In this document: positions 1 to 7,736 of the stretch, piece by piece
Layout of the letters: the number at the start of each line of letters is the position of its first letter
Numbering within the stretch: position 1 is the stretch's first letter
Assembly (NCBI GenBank): GCA_966243015.1
Contig: CBIMES010000001.1
Span: 214,837 to 278,836, forward strand
Direction: 5' to 3'
DNA: 64,000 nt
Source: an uncultured bacterium
GTDB taxonomy: Bacteria; Patescibacteriota; Minisyncoccia; Phycocordibacterales; UBA6065
Notes under the pieces: model-generated
The model's database searches: none
Told to the model about the DNA's origin: nothing
Seen by the model: the letters and a program-made list of their open reading frames with translations, nothing else
Made by a program: the position numbers and the translations under genes

Positions 1-1
1 G

Positions 2-514
2 CTCTGCCGCGCCTACAACAAGGAGTACGGCACGAATTACGTGTCGGTCATGCCTGCCAACCTGTACGGCCCGAACGACAACTTTGACCTGAGGACCTCG
101 CACGTCTTCCCGGCGCTCATCCGCAAATTCCACGAGGCCAAGGTTCGCGGCGACGAGAGCGTGACGATGTGGGGCACGGGATCGGCCCTCCGCGAGTTCA
201 TGCACGCGGACGATGTGGCTGCGGCCTGCCTCTGCGTCATGCTTAATCACAACGGCGACGATCTCGTGAATATCGGCACGGGACAGGACGTGACCATCAA
301 GGAGCTTGCCAACACCATGAAGAAGGTCATCGGCTTCCAGGGCGACATTGTCTGGGACTCAAGCAAGCCTGACGGCACGCCGCGCAAGCTTCTCGACGTA
401 TCGCGACTCAGGAGCCTTGGCTTCGAGCATTCGGTCGGCCTCGAGGAGGGAATCAGGAGGACCTACGAGTGGTACATGCAGTCTCTCGAGGACAAGAAGG
501 GGGCCCAGAAATAA
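2..514 (+). CDS. fcl: GDP-L-fucose synthase (GDP-4-keto-6-deoxymannose 3,5-epimerase/4-reductase), C-terminal part; 5' end lies outside the window
   Basis: The frame is open from nt 2. The translation (...CRAYNKEYGTNYVSVMPANLYGPNDNF...WGTGSALREFMHADD...) matches the conserved Fcl/WcaG short-chain dehydrogenase core. Stop at 512-514. Confidence 0.85.
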   Translation, partial: LCRAYNKEYGTNYVSVMPANLYGPNDNFDLRTSHVFPALIRKFHEAKVRGDESVTMWGTGSALREFMHADDVAAACLCVMLNHNGDDLVNIGTGQDVTIKELANTMKKVIGFQGDIVWDSSKPDGTPRKLLDVSRLRSLGFEHSVGLEEGIRRTYEWYMQSLEDKKGAQK

Positions 515-525
515 CATCTACATAC

Positions 526-1455
526 ATGAAAAAGGTAATCCAGTTCCTGACCAAGAAGAAAAATGGCCTCATCCTCCGCGGGCGACGCCTTAACCTCCGG
601 CTCAGGGGTAACCCACGACCGTCGAGCTATCCGATCGTGACAGGTGACTCGTTCCGCGCCCTCGCCAAGCACATTTATGACGAGACGGACGAGTTTATTC
701 CTGGCGCTGTCGCCGCGGGCGATATTGTCTTCGTCAGCCAGGCCAAGGCGCTGCGCTACCTTCAGGAGCAGCACCCGGACATTCCTGCACCGTACGTGCT
801 CATCGTCCACAACGGCGATCAGACCTTCGGCAAGCGACATACTGACCTTTTCGACGACAAGATCATTCACTGCTATGCCCAGAACACGGCCGTCAATCAC
901 CCGAAGGTGACGCCGCTGCCGATCGGCCTCTCGAATTTCCACAACTTCGAGCATACGGACGAGCTCTACTTCACCCCGCCCTCCCGCGTGCCCGAGTCAG
1001 AGTGGGCGACGCGGAAGGACCGCTTTTTCTACCGTTTCGCCAACGAGACGTGCCCGTCTGTCCGCGTGCCGCTGAAGGCCCTCTGCGACAAGATGCCTCT
1101 TGCCGAGACCGTGCGCGAGCGCGTCTCCCAGGAGCGTTTCAAGGAGATTCTTCGTAGCTACAAGTTCCTCGTCTCGCCGCGCGGGAACGCCATCGACACC
1201 CATAGGCCGTACGAGTCGTTCCATCTCGGCATCATTCCCGTGGTTGAGGACTCCGTCGCCCTTCGCTCGCTCCGTGACCGTGGCCTGCCGATCTGGATCG
1301 TGAACGACTGGAAGGACCTCGGGGGCCTCACCGAGAAGGACGTGGCGAAAAAGTACGCCGAACTCATGGGCAAGGCAAACTTCGAGGCCATGCACATGGA
1401 CTACTGGATCGCCAAGATCAAGGAAAGCCAGAAGAAGGCGCTCGCCGCCGCGTAG
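526..1455 (+). CDS. hypothetical protein (309 aa) next to fcl and the glycosyltransferase cluster; possibly polysaccharide-modifying, no domain recognised
   Basis: ORF-track ORF 469..1455. The internal ATG at 526 (MKKVIQF...) is taken as the start because it follows the fcl stop. GC-rich codon usage consistent with neighbours. A hairpin terminator follows at ~1477-1505. Confidence 0.5.
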   Translation: MKKVIQFLTKKKNGLILRGRRLNLRLRGNPRPSSYPIVTGDSFRALAKHIYDETDEFIPGAVAAGDIVFVSQAKALRYLQEQHPDIPAPYVLIVHNGDQTFGKRHTDLFDDKIIHCYAQNTAVNHPKVTPLPIGLSNFHNFEHTDELYFTPPSRVPESEWATRKDRFFYRFANETCPSVRVPLKALCDKMPLAETVRERVSQERFKEILRSYKFLVSPRGNAIDTHRPYESFHLGIIPVVEDSVALRSLRDRGLPIWIVNDWKDLGGLTEKDVAKKYAELMGKANFEAMHMDYWIAKIKESQKKALAAA

Positions 1456-1476
1456 GTTTTCGACGTTCGGGCAAGC

Positions 1477-1505
1477 AAAAAGGCTCCCTCGGGGGAGCCT
1501 TTGTC
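1477..1505. terminator. bidirectional intrinsic terminator hairpin (aggctccctcgggggagcct) between convergent genes
   Basis: Perfect GC-rich inverted repeat with A/T runs on both sides. It sits between the + gene ending at 1455 and the - gene ending at 1521. Confidence 0.5.
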
Positions 1506-1520
1506 TTTCCGTCGCTAACC

Positions 1521-1973
1521 CTATCTCGCCGTCGAGACGGGCGGACAGAAGTTCGGAGGGGCGAAGGGGGAGAGTCCGCCGGTCCGTATCAGTCTGTTGC
1601 GGAGCGCCCTTCTTCTCGAGAAGCCCGAGAGGACGGGGCTTGCCGTGCGCACGCTTCTGGCGTGCGCGGCGACCCGTCCCGCGTATTCCTTCACCCTCCT
1701 GAGGAGTTCGGGCTCGTCGAGGTTTGGCCAGATCGTCTTGATCCTTTCGAGTCTCGCCGTGATTGCGGCCTCGAGCGCCCTGCCGAACGGGTCGGCCTGA
1801 AACTCCGGGAGCTCTTTGGTGGCCGTGGCCTGGTCCACTATCTCGAAGAGAAGCCTCATGCCCTCTGTCCCGACATTCCGGGTGAAGCCCTCGTAATCGT
1901 GCCCGTGCGCCTGCTCGCCCTCGGGTTTGCTGCCCTGACGACTGTCGAAATCAAGCCTTCCTTGCGTTTCCAT
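1521..1973 (-). CDS. hypothetical protein (150 aa)
   Basis: ORF-track ORF with no compositional oddity. An AT-rich putative promoter region (1974-2075) lies upstream. The C-terminal tail is low-complexity, so the true stop or start may differ. Confidence 0.45.
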   Translation of the reverse strand: METQGRLDFDSRQGSKPEGEQAHGHDYEGFTRNVGTEGMRLLFEIVDQATATKELPEFQADPFGRALEAAITARLERIKTIWPNLDEPELLRRVKEYAGRVAAHARSVRTASPVLSGFSRRRALRNRLIRTGGLSPFAPPNFCPPVSTAR

Positions 1974-2075
1974 ACGTGCCTTTCATGGTGCGTGGTTGAT
2001 GTGCCTGTTTCTACCGATACTCTGAAGTGTCTATGTATATTTTGCAATATAAAACCTATTTACGCAAATAGTAAT

Positions 2076-2103
2076 CCCCACCGAGCCGAAGCTGGTGGGG
2101 ATG
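2076..2103 (-). terminator. intrinsic terminator (ccccaccgagccgaagctggtgggg) downstream of the small gene at 2115..2330
   Basis: 7-bp GC stem followed on the minus strand by a T-rich tract. Confidence 0.5.
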
Positions 2104-2114
2104 TACGCAGGTCC

Positions 2115-2330
2115 TCAGCGGTTGAAGACCTTTACTCGTTTGCCGCGGCCCATGGGGAAGTGACCCAGGAGGCGTGCGGCGCTGAGCCCATCGACGTTGT
2201 ATCTATGCTGTTCTGGTGCTGGTGAAGGGGACCTTTCGGAAGGTTCCCTGGCCGAATCGAGTTCGGCGAGCGCTTGCTTGAAGCCTTGCATCAATCCTCC
2301 GACGTGAACGGGATGTGAGATGGCGTGCAT
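2115..2330 (-). CDS. small hypothetical protein (71 aa, MHAISHPVHVGGLMQGFKQALAELD...GRGKRVKVFNR) with very strong expression signals
   Basis: This is the C-terminal in-frame part of the artefactual 600-aa ORF 2115..3917. Upstream on the minus strand lie a consensus TTGACA-17-TATAAT promoter (~2379-2407) and a GAAGGAGAAG Shine-Dalgarno 8 nt before the ATG. The terminator at 2076-2103 follows downstream. Confidence 0.5.
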   Translation of the reverse strand: MHAISHPVHVGGLMQGFKQALAELDSAREPSERSPSPAPEQHRYNVDGLSAARLLGHFPMGRGKRVKVFNR

Positions 2331-2378
2331 GGTTCTTCTCCTTCGACCGAAGCCTATCAAACAACTCTTACGTATATA

Positions 2379-2407
2379 ATTATACACCCAAGGGACACTT
2401 TTGTCAA
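2379..2407 (-). promoter_or_regulatory. consensus sigma70-type promoter (TTGACA-17 nt-TATAAT) driving the small gene at 2115..2330
   Basis: Minus-strand reading gives TTGACAaaagtgtcccttgggtgTATAAT, a perfect match to both hexamers with a 17-nt spacer. Confidence 0.5.
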
Positions 2408-2473
2408 TATTAGAAAACGCCGCGCTCCTTTTGGCAAGTGCGGCGTTTCCAGCACATCGAAAGGGAAGAGGGT

Positions 2474-2926
2474 TTAGGCGAAGAGGGAGTCTACGACCTC
2501 CTTGATGTCCGCTCCGTCGGCCTTGCCCTTGAGCTCTTTGTTGATGGCCCCGATGAGCTTGCCTGCGCCGGCCTTGTCGGCGACGCCGAGCTCCGCCTTC
2601 TTTGCCTCGGCGATTTTTCTGATTTCGTCCTTCGGCATGGTTGCGGGGAGATAAGCGACGAGGATGGCGAGCTCCTTCTGCTCGCTTTCGGCAAGCTCCG
2701 GTCGACCTCCTTTCACGAACTGGTCGATCGAGTCCTTGCGCTGCTTCACCAGTCGCTTCACGACGGCAATAACCTCGTCGTCGGTGCCCTCGGTCGCCGA
2801 GGACCCCTTGGCAATAAGCTCCTTCTGAATTTCGGCCGAGACGGCTCGCAGGGCGAGGAGTCGGTCCTGGTCCTTGGCGATCATGGCTTCCTTGGTGTGG
2901 GCTTTGATGGTTTGGTGTAGTGACAT
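2474..2926 (-). CDS. yqeY: GatB/YqeY domain-containing protein
   Basis: 150-aa translation with the characteristic YqeY-family Lys/Glu-rich sequence (…LRAVSAEIQKELIAKG…ILVAYLP…). A terminator hairpin lies downstream at ~2440-2470. Confidence 0.85.
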   Translation of the reverse strand: MSLHQTIKAHTKEAMIAKDQDRLLALRAVSAEIQKELIAKGSSATEGTDDEVIAVVKRLVKQRKDSIDQFVKGGRPELAESEQKELAILVAYLPATMPKDEIRKIAEAKKAELGVADKAGAGKLIGAINKELKGKADGADIKEVVDSLFA

Positions 2927-2966
2927 GCCAATACTCTAGCATATCTGCCTCTGGTATACTTGCTTC

Positions 2967-4070
2967 ATGAACACAACCCTTCTCGTCATTCTGATCCTCG
3001 CCCTGGTTGGCATCAACGGCGCGATTCTGTTCGTCGTCCTGCGCCGAAGACCCGCTGACGCCCCGAAGGCTGACGATACGGGACTCAAGCTCCTCCTGGA
3101 CCAGATGAACGAGCTTAATCGCACCGTTGACCGCAGAATCAACGAGACGAGTCGCACTATCACGGAGTCCATGCGTGACCAGCGTAACGAGTCGCAGAAG
3201 GTGGCGGGCGAGTCTCAGCGCCTCGTCGACCAGTTCCTTCGCGAGATCAAGTCCGTGACCGAGAAGGTGACCCGCGTCGAGGAGACCGGCAAGCAGATGG
3301 TGGGCTTCGCTGACCAGCTTCAGGGCCTCCAGGACATGCTCAAGAACCCGAAGCAGCGCGGGGTGCTCGGCGAGTACTATCTCGAGACGCTCCTCAAGAA
3401 CGTCCTGCCGCCGGGAAGCTTCGAGATGCAGTACCCGTTCAAGGACGGCGAAATCGTCGACGCCGTGGTGCGGATCAAGGATAAGATTATACCCGTTGAC
3501 TCGAAATTCTCGCTCGAGAATTACAATCGTATCGTCGAGACAAGGGACGAGGCCGAGAAGTCTCGCCTCGAGAAGCTTTTCGTCAACGACCTCAAGCTTC
3601 GCATTCAGGAGACCTCGAAATACATTCGCCCAAGCGAGAACACCATGGACTTCGCCTTCATGTTCATCCCGCACGAGGCCATCTATTACGACCTGCTCGT
3701 GAATAAGATTGGCGCTATTACCGAGGACACTGACAACCTGATTCAGCGTGCGGCCAATAAATACAAGGTCATCATCGTCTCGCCAACCTCGTTCCTCGCG
3801 TATCTCCAGACGGTGCTCCAGGGACTCAAGGCCCTTCAGATCGAGGAGGCCGCCAAGGACATCACCAAGCGCGTCGAGGAGCTCGGTAAGCACCTTCGCG
3901 CCTATGAGGAGTATCACGATAAGCTCGGCAACAACCTTCAGACGGTGGTAAATCAGTACAACTTCTCGTCAAAGGAGCTTAAAAAAGTAGACAAAGACGT
4001 GCTTCGCATCACGGGAAACGCGGCGGGTCTCGATCCGATGCTTGTCGCGGGGCCGGAGAGGGAGGATTAG
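2967..4070 (+). CDS. rmuC: DNA recombination protein RmuC
   Basis: 367 aa with an N-terminal TM segment, a coiled-coil region and the conserved RmuC C-terminal core (…FAFMFIPHEAIYYDL…VIIVSPTSFLAYL…). An extended -10 (ctcTGgTATACT) sits 6 nt upstream of the ATG. Confidence 0.85.
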   Translation: MNTTLLVILILALVGINGAILFVVLRRRPADAPKADDTGLKLLLDQMNELNRTVDRRINETSRTITESMRDQRNESQKVAGESQRLVDQFLREIKSVTEKVTRVEETGKQMVGFADQLQGLQDMLKNPKQRGVLGEYYLETLLKNVLPPGSFEMQYPFKDGEIVDAVVRIKDKIIPVDSKFSLENYNRIVETRDEAEKSRLEKLFVNDLKLRIQETSKYIRPSENTMDFAFMFIPHEAIYYDLLVNKIGAITEDTDNLIQRAANKYKVIIVSPTSFLAYLQTVLQGLKALQIEEAAKDITKRVEELGKHLRAYEEYHDKLGNNLQTVVNQYNFSSKELKKVDKDVLRITGNAAGLDPMLVAGPERED

Positions 4071-4176
4071 GGTGCCGCGATATCGCGGGACATAAGGCAA
4101 CTTGCCTTTTTTGGGGCCCTGTGTAATACTATCGGGACCCCAGCCCTTAACAGGGCTCTATATATTTAAAGATTTT

Positions 4177-4536
4177 ATGGCTACCACCAAAGCAAAGAAG
4201 ACCGAGACCTCAGCTGATACCTTCGCGGTTATCATGACCGGAGGCAAGCAGTACCAGGTTCGCGTAGGCGACGAGCTCAAGATCGAGAAGATCACGGGCG
4301 AGCACAAGGTCGGCGACAAGCTCACCTTCGACAAGGTTCTCCTCGTCGACGCAGCGGGTGAGACCAAGATCGGCGCTCCAGAGGTCAAGGGCGCAACCGT
4401 ATCTGCCGAGATCAAGGAGATCGGCCGACTCCCTAAGGTCACCGTTGTTCACTACAAGCAGAAGTCAAAGTACTTCAAGAAGTACGGCCACAAGCAGCCT
4501 TTCTTCAAGGTAGCGATCACCTCGATCGCAGCATAA
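4177..4536 (+). CDS. rplU: 50S ribosomal protein L21 with a short N-terminal Lys/Thr-rich extension
   Basis: Translation (FAVIMTGGKQYQVRVGDELKIEKI…VVHYKQKSKYFKKYGHKQPFFKV) is a typical L21. The internal ATG at 4177 is chosen over the ORF-track start at 4102. A terminator hairpin follows at ~4540-4567. Confidence 0.9.
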   Translation: MATTKAKKTETSADTFAVIMTGGKQYQVRVGDELKIEKITGEHKVGDKLTFDKVLLVDAAGETKIGAPEVKGATVSAEIKEIGRLPKVTVVHYKQKSKYFKKYGHKQPFFKVAITSIAA

Positions 4537-4602
4537 CAAAAAGCCCCGCTCAAGCGGGGCTTTTGCTGTGTACATTGATGGTCGATAGACTATAATCAAA
4601 TT

Positions 4603-5427
4603 ATGAATAATCGTAGGATCGGGTTCACGCTCATCGAGCTTCTCGTCGTCATAGCGATCATCGGTCTTCTTTCGTCGGTTGTCCTCGCGAGCCTTAACTC
4701 TGCCCGAGAGAGGGCTCGCCTCGCGGCGGCCCAGTCTTTTGCATCGCAGACGTATCGCGCCCTCGGGGCCTCTGCTGCGGGAGCCTGGAACTTCGAGGGC
4801 CAGTCCGCCTCAATCGCGACTGACTTGTCGGGAAACAATAACGGCGGCACGATCTCGGGTTCAGTCACCTATGTCAGCGGTCCCGTGTCCTCCTCCGTCG
4901 CGATTGGCCTCTTCTCGGACTCCTACGTGCAAATTGTCGATGATCCCTCGCTCAACATGGGCACGGGCGATTTCACCATCATGGCCTGGGTCCGCACCGC
5001 GGGCTACGTTGCCCACGGATCAGCCTGGAACATCCTTATCGGCAAGGGAGACTGTTGCATTAGCCCTGGGTACGCTATCGGGTACGGCGCCAACAATCTG
5101 CCGGGATTATTCCTCGGGTCAGCCCAGGTCGCCGTCGCGAGCACGGCAATCGGTGATGACAAGTGGCATCATATCGCGGCGGTAAGGAAGGGCACTGAAG
5201 TCAAAATGTACGTTGACGGCAGGGAAAGCGGCTCGGGCACAGTGAGCGGCTCCACGAGCGCTAGCCCGTCGTCAGCTTTGTTTATAGGGAAGGATTCAAA
5301 CGGCGTGGTGAGGGCGATACGGGGATATGTCGATGATGTCGTCCTCGTTCCTTCGGCGCTCACGGCGTCAGAGGTGTTTCTCAGGTATGCAGAGAGCTCT
5401 CCGGCCCCTGTCGTCGCTACTGAGTAG
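4603..5427 (+). CDS. type IV pilin-like protein (prepilin N-terminal methylation/cleavage motif) with a C-terminal LamG/ConA-like jelly-roll domain
   Basis: N-terminus MNNRRIGFTLIELLVVIAIIGLLSSVVLASLN is a class III signal peptide (G/FTLIE). The C-terminal region (GDFTIMAWVRT…KWHHIAAV…MYVDG…FIGKD…RGYVDDVVLVPSALTASEV) is a Laminin_G_3-type fold. TATAAT lies 6 nt upstream of the ATG. Confidence 0.8.
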   Translation: MNNRRIGFTLIELLVVIAIIGLLSSVVLASLNSARERARLAAAQSFASQTYRALGASAAGAWNFEGQSASIATDLSGNNNGGTISGSVTYVSGPVSSSVAIGLFSDSYVQIVDDPSLNMGTGDFTIMAWVRTAGYVAHGSAWNILIGKGDCCISPGYAIGYGANNLPGLFLGSAQVAVASTAIGDDKWHHIAAVRKGTEVKMYVDGRESGSGTVSGSTSASPSSALFIGKDSNGVVRAIRGYVDDVVLVPSALTASEVFLRYAESSPAPVVATE

Positions 5428-6565
5428 TGTTCGTTGCCGGTCCTTGTCTTTGAAGGCGCGACCTCAGCGCTTCCACGAATTTCTCGGTGTCAAAGTTTCC
5501 CGCTCGTTCCCTGCATGCGCGGTCGTATCTGCCGGGGTCTCGTGCGAGGTTGTCGGAGACTTCTCTCATGGCTGCCGCGAGCCGTCGCCCGTCGACGTCC
5601 TTTACGAGCAAACCTGTCTCTCCGTTGACAACGGTTTCCCTGTAACCTCCCTTGTCAGACGCGACGACTGGCTTTCCGGCGGCCATGGCCTCGACCGTCG
5701 ACATGCCGAAGTCCTCGTCGAGGGCCGTTGCGAGAAGGCCTTTTGCGCCCGCGTAGAGCGCGACAAGCTCTTCCTGGGGGACCCAGCTCCTGATGGACAC
5801 GTTGGATGGGCAGATTCTGTCGAGCTCCTCTTTGTAGCCCTCGAACTGTATCGCCCCTCGCTCGTAGCTGCCCACTATGACGAGTCTTTCCTCGGGCATG
5901 AGCGACAGCGCCTCCATTTGTATCTCGATGCGCTTGGGCCGCATGATTCTGTTTACCGACAGCCAGTATCCAGGCTTCTCGTTTGTCGCGGCTGTCGGCA
6001 GCTCAAACCTTTTCGTGTCCGTGGGCGGATAGGCTATCTCCGCCTCCTTTCGATAGTATCTTCTGATGCGATCCTGGGTGTTCGCGGAATTGCACATCCA
6101 GGCCCCGACGCTTTTCGCGTACCGCAGGGTGATTCTCCTGTTCATGTGTGCCCACAGGTCAAAAAGAGGCCTCTTCCATCGGGTCTTGACGATCTCGTCT
6201 CTGACGTAATCCTTGAATTCCCAGAGCTCGTTCAGGGGCGAGTGGGCGTACCACAGATTTGGCGAGTGGTTGACGGCGGCCGACATGGCCCAGTCGCCGC
6301 ATATGACGTACCTGTCATATGATTTTCCGAGGCTGAGCCTTCTGAAGCGCCAGAGCGTCGCCTGATGTCTGAAAGGGGCCTTCTTTGGCACCCGCCCGAT
6401 GGATTTGACGCGAGGGAGAACGTCCCCGAATCCCATGTTCCTAATATGCCCTTCGCTCACGTTCGTCGTGTAGACGTCCGCGCCCAGGGCTCGGGCAAGG
6501 GTGAGCGTGACGATTTCCGCCCCGCCGATGTTGTCCATGAAGCTGTGGAATATGGCGACTCTCAT
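5417..6565 (-). CDS. glycosyltransferase family 4 (GT-B, RfaG-like)
   Basis: 382 aa. The C-terminal EX7E-like region (…DEDFGMSTVEAMAAGKPVVASDKGGYRETV…) is typical of GT4. Confidence 0.8.
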   Translation of the reverse strand: MRVAIFHSFMDNIGGAEIVTLTLARALGADVYTTNVSEGHIRNMGFGDVLPRVKSIGRVPKKAPFRHQATLWRFRRLSLGKSYDRYVICGDWAMSAAVNHSPNLWYAHSPLNELWEFKDYVRDEIVKTRWKRPLFDLWAHMNRRITLRYAKSVGAWMCNSANTQDRIRRYYRKEAEIAYPPTDTKRFELPTAATNEKPGYWLSVNRIMRPKRIEIQMEALSLMPEERLVIVGSYERGAIQFEGYKEELDRICPSNVSIRSWVPQEELVALYAGAKGLLATALDEDFGMSTVEAMAAGKPVVASDKGGYRETVVNGETGLLVKDVDGRRLAAAMREVSDNLARDPGRYDRACRERAGNFDTEKFVEALRSRLQRQGPATNTTQ

Positions 6566-7722
6566 AGCTCCTGTATGCCAAGGGTGCTTATCATGAAGGA
6601 CGAGAAAATCGTCTGAACCCCGAGGGCGATGAGGGTGAGGGCGACGATCGAGCTCTTTGCGGCATCGAGCGATCCAAACCCGGACTGGGCCCAGGCGATA
6701 AAGACAGAGGCGTACACGGCCGTGCCGACCAGCGCGATCAGCATTCCGGCGACGCAGGCTCTCTCGAGGGTTACCACCCTGAGCGCCCTTTCGAAGAGGG
6801 GGCTTCTTTCACCGAGGTGCGCGAAAGCGTACGCCTTTGAGAAGGCGGAGAACAAGACGAGCTGATATCCGATGATTACCGTGGCGGCGAGGGGGAACAT
6901 GGGGTGGACGTAGAAATGCATGCCAAATATAGTTGGGTCTGAGAGCAAGAACACGATAAGGCCCAGCGCGCCCGTGAGCGACAGGGCAATGCCCGGCGCG
7001 AGAAAGAGGGCGACGGGGGAGCAGAGGAGTATGAAGCGGAGGTGCCTCCAGCCGTCGGAAAAGGACCTGAGCTTTGACGCACCGGTTCTCGCCCTGTATC
7101 TCACGGGTATTTCGGCCATGCGAAGTCGCTGTTTTGCGGATTTGACGATCATCTCAGAGGCAAACTCCATGCCGCTCGTCCTGAGTCCGATTGCTTCAAA
7201 CCCACGTCGCGTTATGGCGCGGGCGCCGCAGTGCATGTCGCCGAGAGGCGCCTTGAAGAGCACCCTTACCAGCGTCGAGAGAAGGGGGTTGCCCAAGAAT
7301 CTGTGGAGAGGCGGCATGGCGCCCGGATCTATGCCTCCAGAGAATCTGTTGCCGACCACCAGGTCGTTTCCCTTGCTGATCTCGTCTACGAAGCGGGGAA
7401 TGTCGGAAAAGTCGTAGGTCCCGTCCATGTCTGCCATATAGATAATCTCGCCGCGCGCCTCCCTGAATCCTCGCAGGCAGGCGCTTCCGTAGCCTCGTCT
7501 TTCTTCGCGGACGAGCCTGAGGCCGGGAAAGGCTCTTGCCTCCTCTTCTATAATGGGGGCGCTTCGGTCAGTAGAGCCGTTGTCGACGACTATCACCTCG
7601 GCGCTGATGCTCTCGCGCAGGATGGTCTCACGGAGTGCTTTCAGGCATTTTTGCGCGGAGTCCTCCTCATTCAGGCATGGTATGACCACGGAGACGAGCG
7701 GGCTGTTCGAAGTGGGGCTCAT
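6562..7722 (-). CDS. glycosyltransferase family 2 with C-terminal TM helices; polyprenol-phosphate sugar transferase (ArnC/DPM1-like)
   Basis: N-terminal SVVIPCLNEE…VVDNGSTD…DMDGTY motifs (DXD) are followed by 4 predicted TM helices. Overlaps the GT4 gene by 4 nt (ATGA). Confidence 0.85.
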   Translation of the reverse strand: MSPTSNSPLVSVVIPCLNEEDSAQKCLKALRETILRESISAEVIVVDNGSTDRSAPIIEEEARAFPGLRLVREERRGYGSACLRGFREARGEIIYMADMDGTYDFSDIPRFVDEISKGNDLVVGNRFSGGIDPGAMPPLHRFLGNPLLSTLVRVLFKAPLGDMHCGARAITRRGFEAIGLRTSGMEFASEMIVKSAKQRLRMAEIPVRYRARTGASKLRSFSDGWRHLRFILLCSPVALFLAPGIALSLTGALGLIVFLLSDPTIFGMHFYVHPMFPLAATVIIGYQLVLFSAFSKAYAFAHLGERSPLFERALRVVTLERACVAGMLIALVGTAVYASVFIAWAQSGFGSLDAAKSSIVALTLIALGVQTIFSSFMISTLGIQEL

Positions 7723-7736
7723 GTTATGATGGCTAA

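Noticed and set aside
1662-2225. 187-aa plus-strand ORF
   Set aside because: It runs through the terminator hairpin at 2076-2103 and the AT-rich promoter region. It overlaps two better-supported minus-strand genes.
2115-3917. 600-aa minus-strand ORF antisense to rmuC
   Set aside because: Low-complexity Arg/Gly/Gln-rich translation typical of antisense reading of GC-rich genes. The plus-strand product is an unambiguous RmuC. Only its last 71 codons (2115..2330) have independent promoter, Shine-Dalgarno and terminator signals and are kept as a separate small gene.
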